A stretch of DNA of 64,000 bases from Azolla caroliniana (taxonomy: Eukaryota > Plantae > Polypodiophyta), in contig JBHGNT010000078.1 of NCBI GenBank assembly GCA_043228905.1, positions 41,503 through 105,502 on the forward strand. The letters run 5' to 3'. Position 1 is the first letter of the stretch; each line of letters starts with the position of its first letter. Of the stretch, positions 27,831-41,300 are shown piece by piece. Below the pieces are notes generated by a model, which did no database searches, was not told the DNA's origin, and was given only the letters and a program-made list of their open reading frames with translations. The position numbers were made by a program, and so were the translations under genes.

Positions 27831-29381
27831 CGATATCACACGAGCCAGGTATGAACATTTTAATTTACTAACGCGCTCTTCTCCAATACCTCCTCAAATT
27901 TGCTAGTTTCTTCATGTCTCTCGACCTGTGTTTGAAAATTATAATTTTTCAATTCTATATCATAACTAGCGTTCTTAGCTTCGATTCGCATGTTTGAACA
28001 CAAAAATCCGATATCACACGACCCAGGTATGAGCATTTTAATTTACTAACGCGCTCTTCTCAACTCCTTCCTAAAATTTGCAAATTTCTTCATGTCTCTG
28101 GACCTGAGTTTCAAAGTCTTGATTTTTTAATTCTATATCATAACTAGCGTTGTTAGGTACGATTCGCATTTTTGAACACAAAAATGCGATATCCCAGAAG
28201 CCAGGTATGAACATTTTAATTTACTCACGGGGTCTTCTCCACTACCTTCTCAAATTTGCTAATTTGTTCATGTCTCTCGACCTGAGCTTCAAAATCTTGA
28301 TTTTTCAATTCTATGTCATAGCTAGTGTTGTTAGCTTCGATTCGCATGTTTGAACACAAAAATCCAATATCAGACGAGCCAAGTATGAACATTTTAATTT
28401 ACTAATGCGCTCTTCTCCAATACCTCCTCAAATTTGCTAATTTCTTCACATCTCTCGACCTGTGTTTCAAAATTATAGTTTTTCAATTCTATATCATAAC
28501 TACCGTTCTTAGCTTCGATTCGCATGTTTGAACACAAAAATCCGATATCACACGAGCCAGGTATGAACACTTTAATTTATTGACGCGCTCTTCTCAACTC
28601 CTTCCTCTAATTTGCTAATCTCTTCATGTCTCTGGACCTGAGTTTCAAATTCTTGATTTTCTAATTCCATAACATAGCTAGTGTTGTTAGCTTCGATTCG
28701 CATGTTTGAACACAAAAATCCGATATCCCACAAGCCAGGCATGAACATTTTAATTTACTCACGGGGTCTCCTCCACTACCTTCTCAAATTTGCTAATTTC
28801 TTCATGTCATATCATATCTAGTGTTGTTAGCTTCGATTCGCATGTTTGAACACAAAAATCCAATATCACACGAGCCAAGTATGAACATTTTAATTTACTA
28901 ACGCCCTATTCTCCAATACCTCCTAAAAGTTGCTAATTTCTTCATGTCTCTCGACCTGTGTTTGAAAATTATAATTTTTCAATTCCATATCATAACTAGC
29001 GTTCTTAGCTTCGATTCGCATGTTTGAACACAAAAATCCGATATCACACGAGCCAGGTATGAACATTTTAATTTACTGACGCGCTCTTCTCAACTCCTTC
29101 CTCAAATTTGCTAATTTCTTCATGTCTCTGGACCTGAGTTTCAAATTCTTGATTTTCCCATTCCATATCATAGCTAGTGTTGTTAGCTTCGATTCGCATG
29201 TTTGAACACAAAAATCCGATATCCCACAAGCCAGGCATGAACATTTTAATTTACTCACGGGGTCTTCTCCACTACCTTCTCAAATTTGCTAATTTCTTCA
29301 TGTCTTTCGACCTGAGTTTCAAAATCTTGATTTTTTAATTCCATATCATAGCTAGTGTTGTTAGCTTCCATTCGCATGTTT
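26193..29381. repeat. One complete canonical HOR unit (3,189 bp)
   Basis: Unit lengths counted between successive TTGAAC anchors: 152, 178, 178, 157, 178, 178, 73, 177, 177, 177, 178, 178, 178, 178, 178, 140, 178, 178, 178, summing to 3,189. Confidence 0.92.
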
Positions 29382-32300
29382 GAACACAAAAATCCAATAT
29401 CACACGAGCCAGGCTCTTCTCTAATACCTCCTCAAATTTGCTAATTTCTTCATGTCTCTCGACCTGTGTTTGAAAATTATAATTTTTCAATTCTATATCA
29501 TAACTAGCGTTCTTAGCTTCGATTCGCAAGTTTGAACACAAAAATCTCATATCACACGAGCCAGGTATGAGCATTTTAATTTTCTGACGCCCTCTTCTCA
29601 ACTCCTTCCTCAAATTTGCTAATTTCTTCATATCTCTGGACCTGAGTTTCAAAGTCTTGATTTTTTAATTCTATATCATAGCTAGCGTTGTTAGCTTCGA
29701 TTCGCATGTTTGAACACAAAAATCCAATATCACACGAGCCAGGTATGAACATTTTAATTTACTAACGCGCTCTTCTCCAATACCTCCTCAAATTTGCTAA
29801 TTTCTTCATGTCTCTCGACCTGTGTTTCAAAATTATAATTTTTCAATTCTATATCATAACTAGCGTTCTTAGCTTCGATTCCCATGTTTGAACACAAAAA
29901 TCCGATATCACACGACCCAGGTATGAGCATTTTAATTTACTAATGCGCTCTTCTCAACTCCTTCCTGTCTCTGGACCTGAGTTTCAAAGTCTTGATTTTT
30001 TAATTCCATATCATAGCTAGTGTTGTTAGCTTCGATTCGCATGTTTGAACATAAAAATCTGATATCACACGAGCCAGGTATGAACATTTTAATTTACTCA
30101 CGGGGTTTTCTCAACTCCTTCCTCAAGATTGCTAATTTCTTCATGTCTGTCGACCTGAGTTTCAAAATTATAATTTTTCAATTCAATATCATAGCTAGCG
30201 TTGCTAGCTTCGATTCTCATGTTTGAACACAAAAATCTGATATCACACGAGCCAGCTATTAACATTTTATTTTACTCACCGGGTCTTCTCACCTCCCTCA
30301 TCTTTGCTAATTTGTTAATATCTCTCGACCTGAGTCTCGAAATCTTGATTTTTTAATTCTATATCATAGCTAGCGTTCTTAGCTTCGATTCACATTTTTG
30401 AACTGAGTTTCAAAATCTTGATTTTTTAATTGCATATCATAGCTAGCGTTGTTAGCTTCGATTCGCATGTTTGAACAAAAAAATCCAATATCACACGAGC
30501 CAGGTATGAACATTTTAATTTACTCACGGGGTCTTCTCAACTCCTTCCTCAAATTTACTAATTTCTTCATATCTCTCGACCTGTGTTTCAAAATCTTAAT
30601 TTTCTAATTCCATATCATAGCTAGCGTTGCTAGCTTCGATTCTCATGTTTGAACACAAAAATCCGATATCACACGAGCTAGATATGAACATTTTAATTTA
30701 CACACCGGGTATTCTCAACGCCCTCCTCAAGTTTGCTAATTTCCTCATGTCTCTCGATCTGAGTTTCAAAATCTTGATTTTTGAATTCTATATCATAGCT
30801 AGCGTTTTAGCTTCGATTCGCATGTTTGAACACAAACATCCGATATCACACGAGCCAGGTATGAACATTTTAAATTACTGACGGGGTCTTCTAAACTCCT
30901 TCCTCAAATTTGCTAATTTCCTCATGTCTCTAGACCTGAGTTTCAAAATTATATTTTTTAATTCTATATCATAGCTAGCGTTCTTAGCTTCGATTCGCAT
31001 GTTTGAACACAAAAATCCGATATCACACGAGCCAGGTATGAACATTTTAATTTACTAACGCGCTCTTCTCCAATACCTCCTCAAATTTGCTAATTTCTTC
31101 ATGTCTCTCGACCTGTGTTTCAAAATTATAATTTTTCAATTCTATATCATAACTAGCGTTCTTAGCTTCGATTCGCATGTTTGAACACAAAAATCCGATA
31201 TCACACGACCCAGGTATGAGCATTTTAATTTACTAACGCGCTCTTCTCAACTCCTTCCTAAAATTTGCAAATTTCTTCATGTCTCTGGACCTGAGTTTCA
31301 AAGTCTTGATTTTTTAATTCTATATCATAACTAGCGTTGTTAGGTACGATTCGCATTTTTGAACACAAAAATGCGATATCCCAGAAGCCAGGTATGAACA
31401 TTTTAATTTACTCACGGGGTCTTCTCCACTACCTTCTCAAATTTGCTAATTTGTTCATGTCATATCATATCTAGTGTTGTTAGCTTCGATTCGCATGTTT
31501 GAACACAAAAATCCAATATCACACGAGCCAAGTATGAACATTTTAATTTACTAACGCCCTATTCTCCAATACCTCCTAAAAGTTGCTAATTTCTTCATGT
31601 CTCTCGACCTGTGTTTGAAAATTATAATTTTTCAATTCCATATCATAACTAGCGTTCTTAGCTTCGATTCGCATGTTTGAACACAAAAATCCGATATCAC
31701 ACGACCCAGGTATGAACATTTTAATTTACTGACGCGCTCTTCTCAACTCCTTCCTCAAATTTGCTAATTTCTTCATGTCTCTGGACCTGAGTTTCAAATT
31801 CTTGATTTTCCCATTCCATATCATAGCTAGTGTTGTTAGCTTCGATTCGCATGTTTGAACACAAAAATCCGATATCCCACAAGCCAGGCATGAACATTTT
31901 AATTTACTCACGGGGTCTTCTCCACTACCTTCTCAAATTTGCTAATTTCTTCATGTCTTTCGACCTGAGTTTCAAAATCTTGATTTTTTAATTCCATATC
32001 ATAGCTAGTGTTGTTAGCTTCCATTCGCATGTTTGAACACAAAAATCCAATATCACACGAGCCAGGCTCTTCTCTAATACCTCCTCAAATTTGCTAATTT
32101 CTTCATGTCTCTCGACCTGTGTTTGAAAATTATAATTTTTCAATTCTATATCATAACTAGCGTTCTTAGCTTCGATTCGCAAGTTTGAACACAAAAATCT
32201 CATATCACACGAGCCCGGTATGAGCATTTTAATTTTCTGACGCCCTCTTCTCAACTCCTTCCTCAAATTTTCTAATTTCTTCATATCTCTGGACCTGAGT

Positions 32301-35300
32301 TTCAAAGTCTTGATTTTTTAATTCTATATCATAGCTAGCGTTGTTAGCTTCGATTCGCATGTTTGAACACAAAAATCCAATATCACACGAGCCAGGTATG
32401 AACATTTTAATTTACTAACGCGCTCTTCTCCAATACCTCCTCAAATTTGCTAATTTCTTCATGTCTCTCGACCTGTGTTTCAAAATTATAATTTTTCAAT
32501 TCTATATCATAACTAGCGTTCTTAGCTTCGATTCGCATGTTTGAACACAAAAATCCGATATCACACGACCCAGGTATGAGCATTTTAATTTACTAATGCG
32601 CTCTTCTCAACTCCTTCCTGTCTCTGGACCTGAGTTTCAAAGTCTTGATTTTTTAATTCCATATCATAGCTAGTGTTGTTAGCTTCGATTCGCATGTTTG
32701 AACATAAAAATCTGATATCACACGAGCCAGGTATGAACATTTTAATTTACTCACGGGGTTTTCTCAACTCCTTCCTCAAGATTGCTAATTTCTTCATGTC
32801 TGTCGACCTGAGTTTCAAAATTATAATTTTTCAATTCAATATCATAGCTAGCGTTGCTAGCTTCGATTCTCATGTTTGAACACAAAAATCTGATATCACA
32901 CGAGCCAGCTATTAACATTTTATTTTACTCACCGGGTCTTCTCACCTCCTTCCTCATCTTTGCTAATTTGTTAATATCTCTCGACCTGAGTCTCGAAATC
33001 TTGATTTTTTAATTCTATATCATAGCTAGCGTTCTTAGCTTCGATTCACATTTTTGAACTGAGTTTCAAAATCTTGATTTTTTAATTGCATATCATAGCT
33101 AGCGTTGTTAGCTTCGATTCGCATGTTTGAACAAAAAAATCCAATATCACACGAGCCAGGTATGAACATTTTAATTTACTCACGGGGTCTTCTCAACTCC
33201 TTCCTCAAATTTACTAATTTCTTCATATCTCTCGACCTGTGTTTCAAAATCTTAATTTTCTAATTCCATATCATAGCTAGCGTTGCTAGCTTCGATTCTC
33301 ATGTTTGAACACAAAAATCCGATATCACACGAGCTAGATATGAACATTTTAATTTACACACCGGGTATTCTCAACGCCCTCCTCAAGTTTGCTAATTTCC
33401 TCATGTCTCTCGATCTGAGTTTCAAAATCTTGATTTTTGAATTCTATATCATAGCTAGCGTTTTAGCTTCGATTCGCATGTTTGAACACAAACATCCGAT
33501 ATCACACGAGCCAGGTATGAACATTTTAAATTACTGACGGGGTCTTCTAAACTCCTTCCTCAAATTTGCTAATTTCCTCATGTCTCTAGACCTGAGTTTC
33601 AAAATTATATTTTTTAATTCTATATCATAGCTAGCGTTGTTAGCTTCGATTCGCGTGTTTGAACACAAAAATCCGATATCACACGAGCCAGGTATGAACA
33701 TTTTAATTTACTAACGCGCTCTTCTCCAATACCTCCTCAAATTTGCTAATTTCTTCATGTCTCTCGACCTGTGTTTGAAAATTATAATTTTTCAATTCTA
33801 TATCATAACTAGCGTTCTTAGCTTCGATTCGCATGTTTGAACACAAAAATCCGATATCACACGACCCAGGTATGAGCATTTTAATTTACTAACGCGCTCT
33901 TCTCAACTCCTTCCTAAAATTTGCAAATTTCTTCATGTCTCTGGACCTGAGTTTCAAAGTCTTGATTTTTTAATTCTATATCATAACTAGCGTTGTTAGG
34001 TACGATTCGCATTTTTGAACACAAAAATGCGATATCCCAGAAGCCAGGTATGAGCATTTTAATTTACTAACGCGCTCTTCTCAACTCCTTCCTAAAATTT
34101 GCAAATTTCTTCATGTCTCTGGACCTGAGTTTCAAAGTCTTGATTTTTTAATTCTATATCATAACTAGCGTTGTTAGGTACGATTCGCATTTTTGAACAC
34201 AAAAATGCGATATCCCAGAAGCCAGGTATGAACATTTTAATTTACTCACGGGGTCTTCTCCACTACCTTCTAAAATTTGCTAATTTGTTCATGTCTCTCG
34301 ACCTGAGCTTCAAAATCTTGATTTTTCAATTCTATGTCATAGCTAGTGTTGTTAGCTTTGATTCGCATGTTTGAACACAAAAATCCAATATCAGACGAGC
34401 CAAGTATGAACATTTTAATTTACTAATGCGCTCTTCTCCAATACCTCCTCAAATTTGCTAATTTCTTCACATCTCTCGACCTGTGTTTCAAAATTATAGT
34501 TTTTCAATTCTATATCATAACTACCGTTCTTAGCTTTGATTCGCATGTTTGAACACAAAAATCCGATATCACACGAGCCAGGTATGAACACTTTAATTTA
34601 TTGACGCGCTCTTCTCAACTCCTTCCTCAAATTTGCTAATTTCTTCATGTCTCTGGACCTGAGTTTCAAATTCTTGATTTTCTAATTCCATAACATAGCT
34701 AGTGTTGTTAGCTTCGATTCGCATGTTTGAACACAAAAATCCGATATCCCACAAGCCAGGCATGAACATTTTAATTTACTCACGGGGTCTCCTCCACTAC
34801 CTTCTCAAATTTGCTAATTTCTTCATGTCATATCATATCTAGTGTTGTTAGCTTCGATTCGCATGTTTGAACACAAAAATCCAATATCACACGAGCCAAG
34901 TATGAACATTTTAATTTACTAACGCCCTATTCTCCAATACCTCCTAAAAGTTGCTAATTTCTTCATGTCTCTCGACCTGTGTTTGAAAATTATAATTTTT
35001 CAATTCCATATCATAACTAGCGTTCTTAGCTTCGATTCGCATGTTTGAACACAAAAATCCGATATCACACGAGCCAGGTATGAACATTTTAATTTACTGA
35101 CGCGCTCTTCTCAACTCCTTCCTCAAATTTGCTAATTTCTTCATGTCTCTGGACCTGAGTTTCAAATTCTTGATTTTCCCATTCCATATCATAGCTAGTG
35201 TTGTTAGCTTCGATTCGCATGTTTGAACACAAAAATCCGATATCCCACAAGCCAGGCATGAACATTTTAATTTACTCACGGGGTCTTCTCCACTACCTTC

Positions 35301-38300
35301 TCAAATTTGCTAATTTCTTCATGTCTTTCGACCTGAGTTTCAAAATCTTGATTTTTTAATTCCATATCATAGCTAGTGTTGTTAGCTTCCATTCGCATGT
35401 TTGAACACAAAAATCCAATATCACACGAGCCAGGCTCTTCTCTAATACCTCCTCAAATTTGCTAATTTCTTCATGTCTCTCGACCTGTGTTTGAAAATTA
35501 TAATTTTTCAATTCTATATCATAACTAGCGTTCTTAGCTTCGATTCGCAAGTTTGAACACAAAAATCTCATATCACACGAGCCAGGTATGAGCATTTTAA
35601 TTTTCTGACGCCCTCTTCTCAACTCCTTCCTCAAATTTGCTAATTTCTTCATATCTCTGGACCTGAGTTTCAAAGTCTTGATTTTTTAATTCTATATCAT
35701 AGCTAGCGTTGTTAGCTTCGATTCGCATGTTTGAACACAAAAATCCAATATCACACGAGCCAGGTATGAACATTTTAATTTACTAACGCGCTCTTCTCCA
35801 ATACCTCCTCAAATTTGCTAATTTCTTCATGTCTCTCGACCTGTGTTTCAAAATTATAATTTTTCAATTCTATATCATAACTAGCGTTCTTAGCTTCGAT
35901 TCGCATGTTTGAACACAAAAATCCGATATCACACGACCCAGGTATGAGCATTTTAATTTACTAATGCGCTCTTCTCAACTCCTTCCTGTCTCTGGACCTG
36001 AGTTTCAAAGTCTTGATTTTTTAATTCCATATCATAGCTAGTGTTGTTAGCTTCGATTCGCATGTTTGAACACAAAAATCTGATATCACACGAGCCAGGT
36101 ATGAACATTTTAATTTACTCACGGGGTTTTCTAAACTCCTTCCTCAAGATTGCTAATTTCTTCATGTCTGTCGACCTGAGTTTCAAAATTATAATTTTTC
36201 AATTCAATATCATAGCTAGCGTTGCTAGCTTCGATTCTCATGTTTGAACACAAAAATCTGATATCACACGAGCCAGCTATTAACATTTTATTTTACTCAC
36301 CGGGTCTTCTCACCTCCTTCCTCATCTTTGCTAATTTGTTAATATCTCTCGACCTGAGTCTCGAAATCTTGATTTTTTAATTCTATATCATAGCTAGCGT
36401 TCTTAGCTTCGATTCACATTTTTGAACATAAAAATCCGATATCCCACAAGCCAGGCACGAACATTTTAATTTACTCACGGGGTCTTCTCCACTACCTTCT
36501 CAAATTTGCTAATTTGTTTATGTCTCTCGACTTGAGTTTCAAAATCTTGATTTTTTAATTCCATATCATAGCTAGTGTTGTTAGCTTCGATTCTCATATT
36601 TGCACATAAAAATCTGATATCACACGAGCCAGGTATGAACATTTACTCACGGGGTTTGATTTTTGAACTGAGTTTCAAAATCTTGATTTTTTAATTGCAT
36701 ATCATAGCTAGCGTTGTTAGCTTCGATTCGCATGTTTGAACAAAAAAATCCAATATCACACGAGCCAGGTATGAACATTTTAATTTACTCACGGGGTCTT
36801 CTCAACTCCTTCCTCAAATTTACTAATTTCTTCATATCTCTCGACCTGTGTTTCAAAATCTTAATTTTCTAATTCCATATCATAGCTAGCGTTGCTAGCT
36901 TCGATTCTCATGTTTGAACACAAAAATCCGATATCACACGAGCTAGATATGAACATTTTAATTTACACACCGGGTATTCTCAACGCCCTCCTCAAGTTTG
37001 CTAATTTCCTCATGTCTCTCGATCTGAGTTTCAAAATCTTGATTTTTGAATTCTATATCATAGCTAGCGTTTTAGCTTCGATTCGCATGTTTGAACACAA
37101 ACATCCGATATCACACGAGCCAGGTATGAACATTTTAAATTACTGACGGGGTCTTCTAAACTCCTTCCTCAAATTTGCTAATTTCCTCATGTCTCTAGAC
37201 CTGAGTTTCAAAATTATATTTTTTAATTCTATATCATAGCTAGCGTTCTTAGCTTCGATTCGCATGTTTGAACACAAAAATCCGATATCACACGAGCCAG
37301 GTATGAGCATTTTAATTTACTAACGCGCTCTTCTCCAATACCTCCTCAAATTTGCTAATTTCTTCATGTCTCTCGACCTGTGTTTCAAAATTATAATTTT
37401 TCAATTCTATATCATAACTAGCGTTCTTAGCTTCGATTCGCATGTTTGAACACAAAAATCCGATATCACACGACCCAGGTATGAGCATTTTAATTTACTA
37501 ACGCGCTCTTCTCAACTCCTTCCTAAAATTTGCAAATTTCTTCATGTCTCTGGACCTGAGTTTCAAAGTCTTGATTTTTTAATTCTATATCATAACTAGC
37601 GTTGTTAGGTACGATTCGCATTTTTGAACACAAAAATGCGATATCCCAGAAGCCAGGTATGAGCATTTTAATTTACTAACGCGCTCTTCTCAACTCCTTC
37701 CTAAAATTTGCAAATTTCTTCATGTCTCTGGACCTGAGTTTCAAAGTCTTGATTTTTTAATTCTATATCATAACTAGCGTTGTTAGGTACGATTCGCATT
37801 TTTGAACACAAAAATGCGATATCCCAGAAGCCAGGTATGAGCATTTTAATTTACTAACGCGCTCTTCTCAACTCCTTCCTAAAATTTGCAAATTTCTTCA
37901 TATCTCTCGACCTGTGTTTCAAAATCTTGATTTTTTAATTGCATATCATAGCTAGCGTTGTTAGCTTCGATTCGCATGTTTGAACAAAAAAATCCAATAT
38001 CACACGAGCCAGGTATGAACATTTTAATTTACTCACGGGGTCTTCTCAACTCCTTCCTCAAATTTACTAATTTCTTCATATCTCTCGACCTGTGTTTCAA
38101 AATCTTAATTTTCTAATTCCATATCATAGCTAGCGTTGCTAGCTTCGATTCTCATGTTTGAACACAAAAATCCGATATCACACGAGCTAGATATGAACAT
38201 TTTAATTTACACACCGGGTATTCTCAACGCCCTCCTCAAGTTTGCTAATTTCCTCATGTCTCTCGATCTGAGTTTCAAAATCTTGATTTTTGAATTCTAT

Positions 38301-41300
38301 ATCATAGCTAGCGTTTTAGCTTCGATTCGCATGTTTGAACACAAACATCCGATATCACACGAGCCAGGTATGAACATTTTAAATTACTGACGGGGTCTTC
38401 TAAACTCCTTCCTCAAATTTGCTAATTTCCTCATGTCTCTAGACCTGAGTTTCAAAATTATATTTTTTAATTCTATATCATAGCTAGCGTTGTTAGCTTC
38501 GATTCGCATGTTTGAACACAAAAATCCGATATCACACGAGCCAGGTATGAACATTTTAATTTACTAACGCGCTCTTCTCCAATACCTCCTCAAATTTGCT
38601 AATTTCTTCATGTCTCTCGACCTGTGTTTGAAAATTATAATTTTTCAATTCTATATCATAACTAGCGTTCTTAGCTTCGATTCGCATGTTTGAACACAAA
38701 AATCCGATATCACACGACCCAGGTATGAGCATTTTAATTTACTAACGCGCTCTTCTCAACTCCTTCCTAAAATTTGCAAATTTCTTCATGTCTCTGGACC
38801 TGAGTTTCAAAGTCTTGATTTTTTAATTCTATATCATAACTAGCGTTGTTAGGTACGATTCGCATTTTTGAACACAAAAATGCGATATCCCAGAAGCCAG
38901 GTATGAACATTTTAATTTACTCACGGGGTCTTCTCCACTACCTTCTAAAATTTGCTAATTTGTTCATGTCTCTCGACCTGAGCTTCAAAATCTTGATTTT
39001 TCAATTCTATGTCATAGCTAGTGTTGTTAGCTTTGATTCGCATGTTTGAACACAAAAATCCAATATCAGACGAGCCAAGTATGAACATTTTAATTTACTA
39101 ATGCGCTCTTCTCCAATACCTCCTCAAATTTGCTAATTTCTTCACATCTCTCGACCTGTGTTTCAAAATTATAGTTTTTCAATTCTATATCATAACTACC
39201 GTTCTTAGCTTCGATTCGCATGTTTGAACACAAAAATCCGATATCACACGAGCCAGGTATGAACACTTTAATTTATTGACGCGCTCTTCTCAACTCCTTC
39301 CTCAAATTTGCTAATCTCTTCATGTCTCTGGACCTGAGTTTCAAATTCTTGATTTTCTAATTCCATAACATAGCTAGTGTTGTTAGCTTCGATTCGCATG
39401 TTTGAACACAAAAATCCGATATCCCACAAGCCAGGCATGAACATTTTAATTTACTCACGGGGTCTCCTCCACTACCTTCTCAAATTTGCTAATTTCTTCA
39501 TGTCATATCATATCTAGTGTTGTTAGCTTCGATTCGCATGTTTGAACACAAAAATCCAATATCACACGAGCCAAGTATGAACATTTTAATTTACTAACGC
39601 CCTATTCTCCAATACCTCCTAAAAGTTGCTAATTTCTTCATGTCTCTCGACCTGTGTTTGAAAATTATAATTTTTCAATTCCATATCATAACTAGCGTTC
39701 TTAGCTTCGATTCGCATGTTTGAACACAAAAATCCGATATCACACGAGCCAGGTATGAACATTTTAATTTACTGACGCGCTCTTCTCAACTCCTTCCTCA
39801 AATTTGCTAATTTCTTCATGTCTCTGGACCTGAGTTTCAAATTCTTGATTTTCCCATTCCATATCATAGCTAGTGTTGTTAGCTTCGATTCGCATGTTTG
39901 AACACAAAAATCCGATATCCCACAAGCCAGGCATGAACATTTTAATTTACTCACGGGGTCTTCTCCACTACCTTCTCAAATTTGCTAATTTCTTCATGTC
40001 TTTCGACCTGAGTTTCAAAATCTTGATTTTTTAATTCCATATCATAGCTAGTGTTGTTAGCTTCCATTCGCATGTTTGAACACAAAAATCCAATATCACA
40101 CGAGCCAGGCTCTTCTCTAATACCTCCTCAAATTTGCTAATTTCTTCATGTCTCTCGACCTGTGTTTGAAAATTATAATTTTCCAATTCTATATCATAAC
40201 TAGCGTTCTTAGCTTCGATTCGCAAGTTTGAACACAAAAATCTCATATCACACGAGCCAGGTATGAGCATTTTAATTTTCTGACGCCCTCTTCTCAACTC
40301 CTTCCTCAAATTTGCTAATTTCTTCATATCTCTGGACCTGAGTTTCAAAGTCTTGATTTTTTAATTCTATATCATAGCTAGCGTTGTTAGCTTCGATTCG
40401 CATGTTTGAACACAAAAATCCAATATCACACGAGCCAGGTATGAACATTTTAATTTACTAACGCGCTCTTCTCCAATACCTCCTCAAATTTGCTAATTTC
40501 TTCATGTCTCTCGACCTGTGTTTCAAAATTATAATTTTTCAATTCTATATCATAACTAGCGTTCTTAGCTTCGATTCGCATGTTTGAACACAAAAATCCG
40601 ATATCACACGACCCAGGTATGAGCATTTTAATTTACTAATGCGCTCTTCTCAACTCCTTCCTGTCTCTGGACCTGAGTTTCAAAGTCTTGATTTTTTAAT
40701 TCCATATCATAGCTAGTGTTGTTAGCTTCGATTCGCATGTTTGAACATAAAAATCTGATATCACACGAGCCAGGTATGAACATTTTAATTTACTCACGGG
40801 GTTTTCTCAACTCCTTCCTCAAGATTGCTAATTTCTTCATGTCTGTCGACCTGAGTTTCAAAATTATAATTTTTCAATTCAATATCATAGCTAGCGTTGC
40901 TAGCTTCGATTCTCATGTTTGAACACAAAAATCTGATATCACACGAGCCAGCTATTAACATTTTATTTTACTCACCGGGTCTTCTCACCTCCTTCCTCAT
41001 CTTTGCTAATTTGTTAATATCTCTCGACCTGAGTCTCGAAATCTTGATTTTTTAATTCTATATCATAGCTAGCGTTCTTAGCTTCGATTCACATTTTTGA
41101 ACTGAGTTTCAAAATCTTGATTTTTTAATTGCATATCATAGCTAGCGTTGTTAGCTTCGATTCGCATGTTTGAACAAAAAAATCCAATATCACACGAGCC
41201 AGGTATGAACATTTTAATTTACTCACGGGGTCTTCTCAACTCCTTCCTCAAATTTACTAATTTCTTCATATCTCTCGACCTGTGTTTCAAAATCTTAATT

